Part shown: one piece after another, positions 12,247 to 21,174 of the stretch
Layout of the letters: each line of letters starts with the position of its first letter
How positions within the stretch are numbered: the first letter of the stretch is position 1
NCBI GenBank assembly: GCA_938028835.1
Contig: CALIMJ010000013.1
Span: 128,320-192,319 of the forward strand
Source of the DNA: an uncultured bacterium
Lineage (GTDB): Bacteria > Sysuimicrobiota > Sysuimicrobiia > Sysuimicrobiales > Sysuimicrobiaceae
DNA: 64,000 nucleotides
Direction of reading: 5' to 3'
Made by a program: the position numbers and the translations under genes
Notes under the pieces: model-generated
Told to the model about the DNA's origin: nothing
The model's input: only the letters and a program-made list of their open reading frames with translations
Databases searched by the model: none

Positions 12247-13182
12247 ATGCGGAGGGGTCGCGCGAAGATCACCATTGTGGGCGCGGGCACCGTGGGCACG
12301 GCCGCCGCCCACTGGATCGCCTCCCGCCAGCTGGGCGACCTGGTGCTGGTGGACATCGTAGAGGGGCTCCCACAGGGCAAGGCCCTGGATCTGCAGCAGG
12401 CCGGTCCCATCGCCGGGTTCGACGTTCGGGTGCTGGGGACGAACGATTACGGGGACACCACAGGCTCGGACGTGGTCATCGTCACGGCGGGGGTCCCGCG
12501 AAAGCCCGGCATGACCCGGGAGGAGCTGGTGGGTACCAACGCCGGGATCGTGCGCAGCGTCATGGAGCAGGTGGTGCCTCGGTCCCCCGACGCGGTGTTC
12601 ATCGTGGTGACCAACCCCCTGGACGCTATGACCTACCTGGCCCACCGGGTGTCGGGCCTACCCCGGGAGCGGCTGTTCGGCCTCAGCGGGGCCCTGGACA
12701 GCACGCGGTTCCGCACCTTCCTCGCCCTGGAGCTGGGGGTGTCCCTGCAGGATGTGCAGGCGATGGTGATCGGCGCGCACACGGACAAGGACATGGTTCC
12801 TCTGGCGTCCTCCGCGAATGTGCGGGGGGTGCCCGTCAGCCGCCTGCTGCCGCCCGACCGCCTGCAGGCGGTGGTGGCACGCACCCGCCGCGCGGGCGCG
12901 GAGATCACGGAGCTCATGAAGGCCAGCGCCTTCACCGCTCCCGGCGCCGCCCTGTGCGCCATGACCGAGGCGGTGCTGCTGGACCTGAAGCGCGTGATCC
13001 CGTGCTGCGTGTACCTGGACGGTGAGTATGGCGAGCGGGACGTGTGCGTGGGCGTCCCCGTGGTCCTGGGGTCCCGCGGCGTGGAGCGCATTCTGGAGGT
13101 GCCGCTGTCGGAGGAGGAAGAGCGGGCCTTTCGAGCCTCGGTCGCCGCCGTACGGGAGCTGCTGGCTGCGCTCCCCCTCTAG
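12247..13182 (+). CDS. mdh: Malate dehydrogenase (LDH-like type)
   Basis: KITIVGAGTVGTAAA Rossmann motif; LDH-type Mdh architecture; 311 aa. Confidence 0.9.
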   Translation: MRRGRAKITIVGAGTVGTAAAHWIASRQLGDLVLVDIVEGLPQGKALDLQQAGPIAGFDVRVLGTNDYGDTTGSDVVIVTAGVPRKPGMTREELVGTNAGIVRSVMEQVVPRSPDAVFIVVTNPLDAMTYLAHRVSGLPRERLFGLSGALDSTRFRTFLALELGVSLQDVQAMVIGAHTDKDMVPLASSANVRGVPVSRLLPPDRLQAVVARTRRAGAEITELMKASAFTAPGAALCAMTEAVLLDLKRVIPCCVYLDGEYGERDVCVGVPVVLGSRGVERILEVPLSEEEERAFRASVAAVRELLAALPL

Positions 13183-13185
13183 CCC

Positions 13186-14292
13186 ATGCGGCTGCACGAG
13201 TACCAGGCCAAGGAGCTGTTCGCCGCCTACGGCATCCCGGTCCAGCGGGGCGTGGTAGTGGATCGGGCCGAGGATCTCCTCACCCTGGACCTGCGCTACC
13301 CGGTGGTGTTGAAGGCGCAGGTCCTGGTGGGCGGGCGCGGCAAAGCCGGGGGCGTCCAGCTGGCGGCCACACCAGAGGAGGCCCGCGAGAAGGCCGCCCG
13401 GATCCTGGGGATGGAGATCCGCGGGGAGCGCGTACGGCGGCTGCTGGTGGTGGAGGCCGCCCGGATCGACCGGGAGTACTACCTGGCTTTCGTGGTGGAC
13501 CGATCCAGCCGGCGCCTGACCCTGGTGGCGTCTGCGGAGGGCGGTGTGGACATCGAGGAGGTGGCGCGGCGGACGCCAGAGCGCATCGTCAAACTCGCCG
13601 TGGATCCCGCCTTGGGTTTCCACCCCTTCCACGGCCGGTGGGTGGCCCGTCGGTTGGGGCTTTCCGGCCCGCTGCTGGGGCAGTTCGCGGAGGTCACCTG
13701 CGACCTGTACCGACTCGCGTGCGAGCGGGACGCGGAACTGGCGGAGATCAATCCCCTGGCCCTGTGCGACGGCCAGTGGCTGGCGGTGGACGCGAAGCTG
13801 GTGGTGGACGACAACGCCCGTCCCCGGCAGCCGGACCTGCCCGCGGACGAGGAGACCACCGAGCTGGAACGGATGGCCCGCGAGTACGACCTCTCCTACG
13901 TGGAGCTGGATGGCGACATCGCCATCATCGGCAACGGCGCGGGCCTCGTCATGTCCACGCTGGACATGGTGGCGCACTTCGGCGGCCGTCCGGCCAACTT
14001 CCTGGACGTGGGGGGAGGCGCCTCTACGGAGGCCATGCGTCGGGCTCTCGACATCGTCCTGCGGAAACCGGGGGTTCGGGCGCTGTTCATCAACATCTTC
14101 GGCGGCATCACGCGGTGTGACGACGTGGCCAGGGCCATCGCGTCCGCTCCCCCGCCGGTGCCCACCAGCATCCGCCTCACGGGGACCAACGAGGAGGAGG
14201 GTCGGCGGATCCTCGAGCAGGCAGGAATCTTCGCCTTCACGGATCCGGAAGAGGCCGCCCGGCGGGCGGTGGCCCTGGCGCGAGGGCGCTAG
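13186..14292 (+). CDS. sucC: Succinyl-CoA synthetase beta subunit
   Basis: MRLHEYQAKELFAAYGIPV ATP-grasp N-terminus; 368 aa. Confidence 0.95.
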   Translation: MRLHEYQAKELFAAYGIPVQRGVVVDRAEDLLTLDLRYPVVLKAQVLVGGRGKAGGVQLAATPEEAREKAARILGMEIRGERVRRLLVVEAARIDREYYLAFVVDRSSRRLTLVASAEGGVDIEEVARRTPERIVKLAVDPALGFHPFHGRWVARRLGLSGPLLGQFAEVTCDLYRLACERDAELAEINPLALCDGQWLAVDAKLVVDDNARPRQPDLPADEETTELERMAREYDLSYVELDGDIAIIGNGAGLVMSTLDMVAHFGGRPANFLDVGGGASTEAMRRALDIVLRKPGVRALFINIFGGITRCDDVARAIASAPPPVPTSIRLTGTNEEEGRRILEQAGIFAFTDPEEAARRAVALARGR

Positions 14293-14307
14293 GGGGGCGG
14301 GACTCGG

Positions 14308-14554
14308 GTGGACTGCGTGTTCTGCAAGATTGGCGACGGCGTGCTGCGGGCTACGAAGGCCGGGCGGCCTGAACGTGCTGCAGGCCAACGGCCGCGCGGC
14401 CTGCCAGTCGGTCCCACACTTCCACCTGCACCTGGTGCCGAGGTGGGAAGGGGACGGCCGGGGGCTGAACTGGGAGTTGGTGCCGGGGCAAGCGGATCGC
14501 ATCCGGACGGTGGGCGAGCGGATCCGGGCGCTCCTGCGCTCGGGGGAGGAGTGA
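14308..14554 (+). pseudogene. HIT-family (histidine triad) gene remnant: internal deletion plus frameshift
   Basis: Frame 1 reads VDCVFCKIGDGV (the HIT N-terminal motif); after a frame change it reads GLNVLQANGRAACQSVPHFHLHLVPRWEGDG (histidine triad); about 60-70 central residues of a normal HIT protein are missing; it sits in the 272-bp gap between sucC and sucD. Confidence 0.5.
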
Positions 14555-14564
14555 GGAGGACACG

Positions 14565-15437
14565 ATGGCGGTCCTGGTCGGCGAGCACACCCGCGTCTTG
14601 GTGCAGGGGATCACCGGCTACCAGGGCGAATTCCACACCGCCCGCATGCTGGAGTTCGGAACCCGGGTGGTGGCGGGGGTCACGCCCGGCAAGGGCGGGA
14701 CGCGGGTGCACGGGGTGCCGGTGTTCGACACCGTGGAGGAGGCGGTAGAGGAAACGGGTGCCAACGCGTCCTGCATCTTCGTCCCTGCCCGGTTTGCCAA
14801 AGACGCGGCCCTGGAGGCCATCGCGGCGGGGCTGGACCCCGTGGTGGTGATCACCGAGCACATCCCCGTCCACGACGCCATCGCCATCGTGGACTTCGCC
14901 CGGCGGCGAGGGGTCCACGTGATCGGCCCCAACTGTCCCGGCATCACCGCTCCGGAGCGGTGCAAGATCGGCATCATGCCCTCCCACCTGTTCCGGCGCG
15001 GGCCTATAGGCCTCCTATCCCGCTCCGGCACCCTCACGTACGAGATCGTGGCAGGGCTCAGCCGGGCCGGCATCGGCCAGTCCACCGCTGTGGGCATGGG
15101 GGGAGACCCCATCATCGGTATGAGCTTCGTGGAGCTGCTGGAGCTGTTCGAGCGGGACGGCGAGACGGAGGCCATCGTGCTGGTGGGCGAGATCGGCGGG
15201 GCTGCAGAGGAGGAGGCGGCCCGCTACATCCGGGAGCACGTCCGCAAACCTGTGGTGGCGTACGTGGCCGGGCGCACCGCGCCGCCGGGGAAGCGCATGG
15301 GCCACGCGGGCGCGGTGATCTCGGGGACGGAGGGGACTGCACAGGCCAAAGTCGAAGCGCTGCAGCAGGTCGGAGTCGCCGTGGCAGAGCTACCGACTCA
15401 GGTCCCGGAACTGGTGGCCCGGGCGCTGGGTCGCTAG
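14565..15437 (+). CDS. sucD: Succinyl-CoA synthetase alpha subunit
   Basis: [11 protein letters not shown]...; the active-site His region (GHAGA); 290 aa. Confidence 0.95.
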   Translation: MAVLVGEHTRVLVQGITGYQGEFHTARMLEFGTRVVAGVTPGKGGTRVHGVPVFDTVEEAVEETGANASCIFVPARFAKDAALEAIAAGLDPVVVITEHIPVHDAIAIVDFARRRGVHVIGPNCPGITAPERCKIGIMPSHLFRRGPIGLLSRSGTLTYEIVAGLSRAGIGQSTAVGMGGDPIIGMSFVELLELFERDGETEAIVLVGEIGGAAEEEAARYIREHVRKPVVAYVAGRTAPPGKRMGHAGAVISGTEGTAQAKVEALQQVGVAVAELPTQVPELVARALGR

Positions 15438-15441
15438 GACT

Positions 15442-15780
15442 GTGGCCTTCCTGGTCCGGATCGGGGTGACGGCGGCGGCCCTGTGGCTGGCCACCGCCTT
15501 GTACCCGCAGGCGCTGCAGGTGGGCAGTCCGCGGACGCTCCTGCTGGCCGGCCTGGCCCTGGGCTTGGTAAACGCGGTAGTGCGGCCGGTCCTCCTGCTC
15601 CTGACCCTGCCCCTGAACCTGCTGACTCTGGGGCTGTTCACCCTGGTGGTCAACACGTTTTTGCTCTACCTGGTAGCTTGGTCGCTGGGGATCCCCCACG
15701 GCGGCTTCGCAAGCGTGTTTGTGCTGGCGGTCCTGGTGAGCCTCGCCAGCGTGGCCCTGACCAAGCTGGTGGCCGTCTGA
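15442..15780 (+). CDS. Small membrane protein of the phage-holin-4_2/DUF360 family
   Basis: 112 aa with three or four TM helices, resembling YvlD-like proteins; GTG start 5 nt after sucD. Confidence 0.6.
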   Translation: MAFLVRIGVTAAALWLATALYPQALQVGSPRTLLLAGLALGLVNAVVRPVLLLLTLPLNLLTLGLFTLVVNTFLLYLVAWSLGIPHGGFASVFVLAVLVSLASVALTKLVAV

Positions 15781-15840
15781 CCAGCTGGACCGCGGCCGCG
15801 GTGGGCGGTACCCTGGGCCTGCAGGCTGCGGGAGGAACAG

Positions 15841-16761
15841 GTGTCGGCCAGCAGGACCTTGCGGGAAGGGGAAGCCTCGGCCGCCCGGTCGCAGGAGCGC
15901 GGGCGGGTCCACTTCGTCCTGGTCACGGGCCTTTCGGGGGCCGGCAAGTCCCAGGCGGCCCACGTGCTGGAGGACCTAGGGTTCTTCTGCGTGGACAACC
16001 TCCCTCCGACCCTGCTCCCGCGGTTTGCGGAACTGCTGTTGCACGCGCGGGGCAGGGTTCCGCGGGCCGCGGCGGTGGTGGACATCCGCAGTGGCGAGTT
16101 TTTCGAAACCCTTAGCGAGGCCCTGCAGCATCTGGACGCCCTGGGACTGCGCTACCGCATCCTGTTCCTGGACGCTTCGGACGAGGTCCTCGTGCGGCGG
16201 TTCAAGGAGACCCGGCGCAAGCACCCCCTGGCCGCCACGGGGTCGGTCCTGGACCGCATCCGCGAGGAGCGGCGGCGCCTGGAGCCGGTGCGGGAGCGGG
16301 CCCACCGGGTCCTGGACACCAGCGACATGACCCCCGCGCAGCTGCGGTCCGAGCTGCGGGCCGCCTTCGGACCCGGCACGGGCGTGGGGCTGGCGGTGAC
16401 CGTGGTTTCGTTCGGGTACAAGCACGGCCTGCCCCTGGATGCCGACCTGGTGTTCGACACACGCTTTCTTCCCAACCCCCACTACGTGGAATCCCTTCGC
16501 GACCGATCCGGGCTGGATCCCGAGGTGCGTTCCTACGTGCTGGAGTCTCCGCAAGGGCAGGCCTTCTGGCGCAGAATGGTGGATCTGGTCTCGTTCCTGC
16601 TCCCCGAGTTCGAGCGGGAGGGGAAGACAGACGTGACGGTGGCGGTGGGTTGCACGGGAGGCCGGCACCGGTCCGTGGCGGTGGCCGAGGAGCTGGTGCG
16701 GATGCTGCGGGGGCGGGGCTACGAAGTCCGGGCGCGTCACCGCGACCTGCACCGGGAGTGA
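15841..16761 (+). CDS. rapZ: RNase adapter protein RapZ (P-loop NTPase)
   Basis: Walker A (LVTGLSGAGKS); the C-terminus is RapZ-specific (TVAVGCTGGRHRSVAV). Confidence 0.9.
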   Translation: MSASRTLREGEASAARSQERGRVHFVLVTGLSGAGKSQAAHVLEDLGFFCVDNLPPTLLPRFAELLLHARGRVPRAAAVVDIRSGEFFETLSEALQHLDALGLRYRILFLDASDEVLVRRFKETRRKHPLAATGSVLDRIREERRRLEPVRERAHRVLDTSDMTPAQLRSELRAAFGPGTGVGLAVTVVSFGYKHGLPLDADLVFDTRFLPNPHYVESLRDRSGLDPEVRSYVLESPQGQAFWRRMVDLVSFLLPEFEREGKTDVTVAVGCTGGRHRSVAVAEELVRMLRGRGYEVRARHRDLHRE

Positions 16762-16766
16762 GTCCC

Positions 16767-18140
16767 GTGGGGGGAGGAGCCCGTCTGGCGGATCGCGTCG
16801 TGCGCCGCGTCCGTCAGTTCGCCAAGTGGCTGGTGCCCGGGATCCGGGTGAAGCGCTACGTGGCCCTGGTGTTTTTGGGAGTGTTCTGGGTGGCCCTGGG
16901 AGCTGTGCTGCTGGCCGATGTGGTGTCGGTGGGGATCCTCCGGATCCTGTACGGGGTCGTGTGGTTGAGCTCGTGGATCTCCGGCGGCGAGGCCTGGGGG
17001 TTGGTGGTCACCGGGGTCGGGCTGGTGGTGGGGGGCCTGTACTGCGTGTTCCTGGGCGTACGCGCCACGGTGCGGTCGGTGGCTACGGTGTTCCTGCCCC
17101 GGGGCGACCACCGGCTAGCGGAGCTGATGGTGCAGCGCAGGGCTCTGGGGAGGGGCCCGCGGATCGTGGCGGTGGGCGGCGGCACGGGCCTGTCTACCCT
17201 GCTGCGAGGACTCAAGCGGTACGGGGTGTCTGTAACCGCGGTGGTGACGGTGTTCGACGACGGCGGAAGCTCCGGCCGGCTGCGCCGCGAGCTGGGGGTG
17301 CTCCCTCCGGGCGATATCAACGACTGCCTGGTGGCCCTGGCGGAAGCGGAGCCCCTTATGACGCGCCTGTTCGAATACCGGTTCGACCGCGGGGACCTGA
17401 AGGGGCACTCCTTCGGCAACCTTTTCCTCGCCAGCATGACGGGAGTGGCCGGCGACCTTGTGTCCGCGGTGCGGCTGGCCAGCCGGGTCCTGGCCGTCCG
17501 GGGCCAGGTGCTGCCCGCCACCGCCGACAACATCGTCCTGTGCGCGGAGTTCCTGGACGGCAGCCACGCGGAGGGGGAGTCGGCGATCCCCGCAGCCCGC
17601 AAGGCCATCCGCCGGGTGTACCTGAAACCCCCGACCGCCCGGCCGCTCCGGGAAGTGTTGGAGGCCATCGCCCACGCGGATCTGATCCTCCTGGGCCCGG
17701 GGAGCCTGTACACCTCCGTGCTCCCCAACCTCCTGGTCCCGGGGGTCGCGGACGCACTCCGCCGGACTCCCGCACCCGTGGTGCACGTGGTGAACGTGAT
17801 GACCCAGCCGGGCGAGACCGACGGTTACCGGGCCTCCGACCACGTGCGGGCGGTGGTGGACCACGCGGGGCCGGTGGTCTCCGCGGCGGTGGTGAACACG
17901 CAGATGCCCCGTAACGAGTTGCTCCTGGCCCGGTACCGGGCGGAGGGTGCGGTCCCCGTAGAGCCGGACCTGGACCGGATCCGGCTCATGGGCGTGCAGC
18001 CCTTCGGGTTCCCTTTGATCAGCGAGGCGGAGCTGGTGCGACACGATCCGGCCCGGCTGGCGGAGGCGGTGCTGGAGGTACTGGACCGCCTGGCGGGCGT
18101 CCGCCACCGCGTGGGGCGGGTGAGCGTGATCAACCCCTGA
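16767..18140 (+). CDS. yvcK: YvcK-family gluconeogenesis factor (UPF0052/CofD-like) with an N-terminal TM extension
   Basis: GTG at 16767 inside ORF 16650..18140; the YvcK core begins RIVAVGGGTGLSTLLRGLK; it is preceded by a ~130-aa hydrophobic segment. Confidence 0.8.
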   Translation: MGGGARLADRVVRRVRQFAKWLVPGIRVKRYVALVFLGVFWVALGAVLLADVVSVGILRILYGVVWLSSWISGGEAWGLVVTGVGLVVGGLYCVFLGVRATVRSVATVFLPRGDHRLAELMVQRRALGRGPRIVAVGGGTGLSTLLRGLKRYGVSVTAVVTVFDDGGSSGRLRRELGVLPPGDINDCLVALAEAEPLMTRLFEYRFDRGDLKGHSFGNLFLASMTGVAGDLVSAVRLASRVLAVRGQVLPATADNIVLCAEFLDGSHAEGESAIPAARKAIRRVYLKPPTARPLREVLEAIAHADLILLGPGSLYTSVLPNLLVPGVADALRRTPAPVVHVVNVMTQPGETDGYRASDHVRAVVDHAGPVVSAAVVNTQMPRNELLLARYRAEGAVPVEPDLDRIRLMGVQPFGFPLISEAELVRHDPARLAEAVLEVLDRLAGVRHRVGRVSVINP

Positions 18141-18170
18141 GCGTGCACACGTCTGGATCGGGAGGGGTAC

Positions 18171-18947
18171 ATGGAGTCTCCCGCGCAGGTACGCCAGCAG
18201 ATCCGGGCCGGCCGGTGGCGCGGGCCCACCGCGGGGCTCGCGCTGGGTTACGCGCAGGCCAACCTGGTGGTTCTGCCCCAAGCCTACGCCTACGACTTCC
18301 TTGTGTTCTGCCAGCGCAACCCGAAGCCGTGCCCTGTACTGGAGGTCACCGACCCCGGAGACCCCGTGCCGCGCCACGCGGCACCCGACGCGGACCTGAG
18401 GACCGACCTCCCCCGTTACCGGGTCTACCGGGACGGCGAGCTGGTGGAAGAGGTGGATCACCTGCGGGGGTTGTGGCGGGAGGACCTGGTGGCGTTCCTC
18501 CTGGGCTGCTCGTTCACTTTCGAGGCAGCCCTGCAGCGGGCAGGGATCCCAGTGCGTCACCTGCAGTGCGGATGCAACGTGCCCATGTACGTGACGAACC
18601 GGCCGTGCAGGGCCGCGGGGCCCTTCGCGGGGCCCCTCGTGGTCAGCATGCGTCCGGTGCCGGAGGACCAGCTTCCGCGGGTGTTCCAGATCTGCTCCCG
18701 TTACCCCCTGGCCCACGGGGCTCCTGTGCACGTGGGAGACCCCCAGCGGCTGGGAATTCGGGACCTGGACCGTCCGGACTACGGGGACCCCGTGCCGGTG
18801 CGGGACGGAGAGGTCCCGGTGTTCTGGGCCTGCGGGGTCACCCCTCAGGCGGTGGCCCAGCGGGCCCGAATCCCGCTGATGATCACCCACAGTCCCGGGC
18901 ACATGTTCGTGACCGACTTGCGCGACGAGGACCTGGCGTGGGGATGA
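18171..18947 (+). CDS. DUF1445-family putative hydro-lyase (D-glutamate cyclase-like)
   Basis: 258 aa; AYDFLVFCQRNPKPCPVLEV and HGAPVHVGDP motifs are typical of the UPF0317/DUF1445 family. Confidence 0.65.
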   Translation: MESPAQVRQQIRAGRWRGPTAGLALGYAQANLVVLPQAYAYDFLVFCQRNPKPCPVLEVTDPGDPVPRHAAPDADLRTDLPRYRVYRDGELVEEVDHLRGLWREDLVAFLLGCSFTFEAALQRAGIPVRHLQCGCNVPMYVTNRPCRAAGPFAGPLVVSMRPVPEDQLPRVFQICSRYPLAHGAPVHVGDPQRLGIRDLDRPDYGDPVPVRDGEVPVFWACGVTPQAVAQRARIPLMITHSPGHMFVTDLRDEDLAWG

Positions 18948-18989
18948 TCGAAGTAGGTTTTGACATTCCGCTTCGGAAAGGGGGGACAC

Positions 18990-20276
18990 GTGGTGGAGCG
19001 TGTGACCCGCAGGCAGTTCTTACGGTCCACGGGGGCGGCGGTGGCCTCCGTCGCCCTGGGCGACCGGCTGGTGGACTGGGCGTCCGCGCAGGAGGCGCCG
19101 GTGACGGTGGGCGCGGTGTATCCGCTCACGGGCGCTCTGGCCCGGATCGGTGCGGCCATTCGGAACGCCATCGAGCTGGCGGTGGACATGGTGAACAACC
19201 CGTATCCGGACCTGAACCTGCCCCTGGCGCGGACCGCGGGACTGCCGCGCCTAGGCGGCCGGCGGCTCCGGGTGGTGTGGGGTGACACCCGGGGAGATCC
19301 AGCCACGGGCCGCGCGGAGGCGGACCGGCTCATTGAGCGGGAGGGTGCGGTGGCCCTGATTGGCTCCTACCAGAGCGCGGTGACGGCCACCGCCAGCCTG
19401 GCCGCGGAGGCGCGGGGGATCCCCTTCCTGAACCCGGAATCGTCCTCCCCGCGCCTCACGGAGCGGGGCTTCAAGTGGTTCTTCCGCACCGGCCCCCACG
19501 ACATCACCTTCACCCGCATCATGTTCGACATGGTGGAGGACCTGAAGCGCCGCGGAGCACGGATCTCGCGGGTGGCCATCCTAGCCGAGGACTCGGAGTT
19601 CGGGGCGACGGCGGCGGGCGTGGCCAAGGGGTTCGCCCAGTCCCGGGGCTACACCGTCACGGCCATGGAGCTGTACACCTCTCCGCCCAGCAGCCTCACT
19701 GCGGAGCTGCTGCGGATCCGCGCCAGCAATCCCGACTTCGTGATCGGGGCCAACTACCTCGTGGACGCGGTGCTCATCACCCGGACCCTCAAGGAGATGC
19801 GGTGGTTCCCCCAGGGGTTCATGGTGCACGCGGGGTTCACCACGGTGCCCGACTACCTGAACACGGTGGGCCGCGACGGGTACTACTTCCTGGCCCGGGC
19901 CCCGTGGGCCCTGGGGATCGCCCGGAGGAAGCCCCTGGTGGCTCGCGTGAACGAGCTGTACCGCCGCAAGCACGGCGCGGACATGGACGAGGTGGCCGCG
20001 CGGGCCTTCACCGGCATGCTGACCCTGGCGGACGCCATCAACCGGGCAGGCTCCACCGCCCCCGCGGCGATCCAGAAGGCCCTGCGGGAGACCAACATCC
20101 CCGGTGCACAGCTCATCATGCCGTGGCAGGGGATCCAGTTCGACGACAAGGGTCAGAACCGCTACGCCACGGGCGTGATGGTGCAGATCCTGGACGGGGA
20201 ATACAAGGTGGTCTGGCCCTTCGACGTGGCGGAGGCGGAGCTGGTGTGGCCCGCGCCGCCGTGGGAGCGTCGCTGA
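18990..20276 (+). CDS. Liv-type (HAAT) ABC substrate-binding protein with Tat-like signal
   Basis: The strong SD AAAGGGGGGA is followed by the GTG; RRQFLRSTGAAVASVAL; Peripla_BP_6-like LivJ/K fold. Confidence 0.8.
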   Translation: MVERVTRRQFLRSTGAAVASVALGDRLVDWASAQEAPVTVGAVYPLTGALARIGAAIRNAIELAVDMVNNPYPDLNLPLARTAGLPRLGGRRLRVVWGDTRGDPATGRAEADRLIEREGAVALIGSYQSAVTATASLAAEARGIPFLNPESSSPRLTERGFKWFFRTGPHDITFTRIMFDMVEDLKRRGARISRVAILAEDSEFGATAAGVAKGFAQSRGYTVTAMELYTSPPSSLTAELLRIRASNPDFVIGANYLVDAVLITRTLKEMRWFPQGFMVHAGFTTVPDYLNTVGRDGYYFLARAPWALGIARRKPLVARVNELYRRKHGADMDEVAARAFTGMLTLADAINRAGSTAPAAIQKALRETNIPGAQLIMPWQGIQFDDKGQNRYATGVMVQILDGEYKVVWPFDVAEAELVWPAPPWERR

Positions 20277-20307
20277 GGACCGGCCGGAAGGCCGTCTTTC
20301 TGCCTCC

Positions 20308-21174
20308 ATGACAGAGCTCGTGTGGCAAGCCGCGGTGAGCGGCGTGGTGCTGGGGCTGGTGTACGCCCTGGTCGCCCTGGGGTTGTCGTTGATCTGGGGG
20401 GTCATGGACGTGGTGAACCTGGCCCACGCAGAGTACCTGATGCTGGCCATGTACGCCACGTACTGGCTGTGGGCCCTGGGGAGGGTGGATCCGGCGCTCG
20501 CGGTCCCCGTGGTGGTGCCGGTGTTCTTCGGCCTCGGGTGGCTGACCTACCAGGCCCTCGTCCGCCGCATCGTGAGGGCGCCGCTGGCGGCGCAGATCTT
20601 CGCTACCTTCGGACTGTTGTTCATTCTGCGCTACGGGGCCTTCGCCGCCTTCGGGCCCAACGTGTACGGGATCTGGCGGCCAGGGGAAGGGACGGTGCCC
20701 GTCCTGGGGGTTCCCGTGGCTGCCTCCAAGGTCACCGCCGGGTTGGTCTCCCTGGCCGCCTTCGGGCTGCTGGCGGCGTTTCTGCGCTATACGAAGACCG
20801 GGAAAGCCCTGCAGGCGGCAGCGCAGAGCCGGGAGGTGGCCCTGGCGCTGGGCATCCCCGTGGATCGCATGTACGCCCTGAGCTGGGGACTCGGCATCGC
20901 CACCGTGGCCCTGGCCGGGGTGTTCCTGATTCCCTTCTACCAGGTGTCCCCCACCATCGGGGACGCGTTCCTTCTGCTGGCGTTCGCCAGCGTGGTGCTG
21001 GGAGGGTTCGGGCGGGTGGACGGGGCTCTGGTGGGCGGGTTGTCCATCGGCCTGCTGGAGAACGTGCTCGGGACGCTGATCTCTCCCACCTTCAAGTTCC
21101 TGTTCGTGTTCGCGGCATTTGTGGCCATGCTCCTGGTCCGTCCCCAGGGCCTGCTGGGGGACGTGGGAAGGTGA
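20308..21174 (+). CDS. livH: Branched-chain amino acid ABC permease LivH-like
   Basis: 288 aa, TM-rich, LivH family. Confidence 0.85.
   Translation: MTELVWQAAVSGVVLGLVYALVALGLSLIWGVMDVVNLAHAEYLMLAMYATYWLWALGRVDPALAVPVVVPVFFGLGWLTYQALVRRIVRAPLAAQIFATFGLLFILRYGAFAAFGPNVYGIWRPGEGTVPVLGVPVAASKVTAGLVSLAAFGLLAAFLRYTKTGKALQAAAQSREVALALGIPVDRMYALSWGLGIATVALAGVFLIPFYQVSPTIGDAFLLLAFASVVLGGFGRVDGALVGGLSIGLLENVLGTLISPTFKFLFVFAAFVAMLLVRPQGLLGDVGR

Noticed and set aside
12658-14502. 614-aa minus-strand ORF and similar long antisense ORFs (17115..18989, 58283..59911, 28321..29367, 29274..30725)
   Set aside because: Each is antisense to well-supported genes (mdh/sucC, yvcK, S55 peptidase, moxR, coxE), is low-complexity and carries no motifs.
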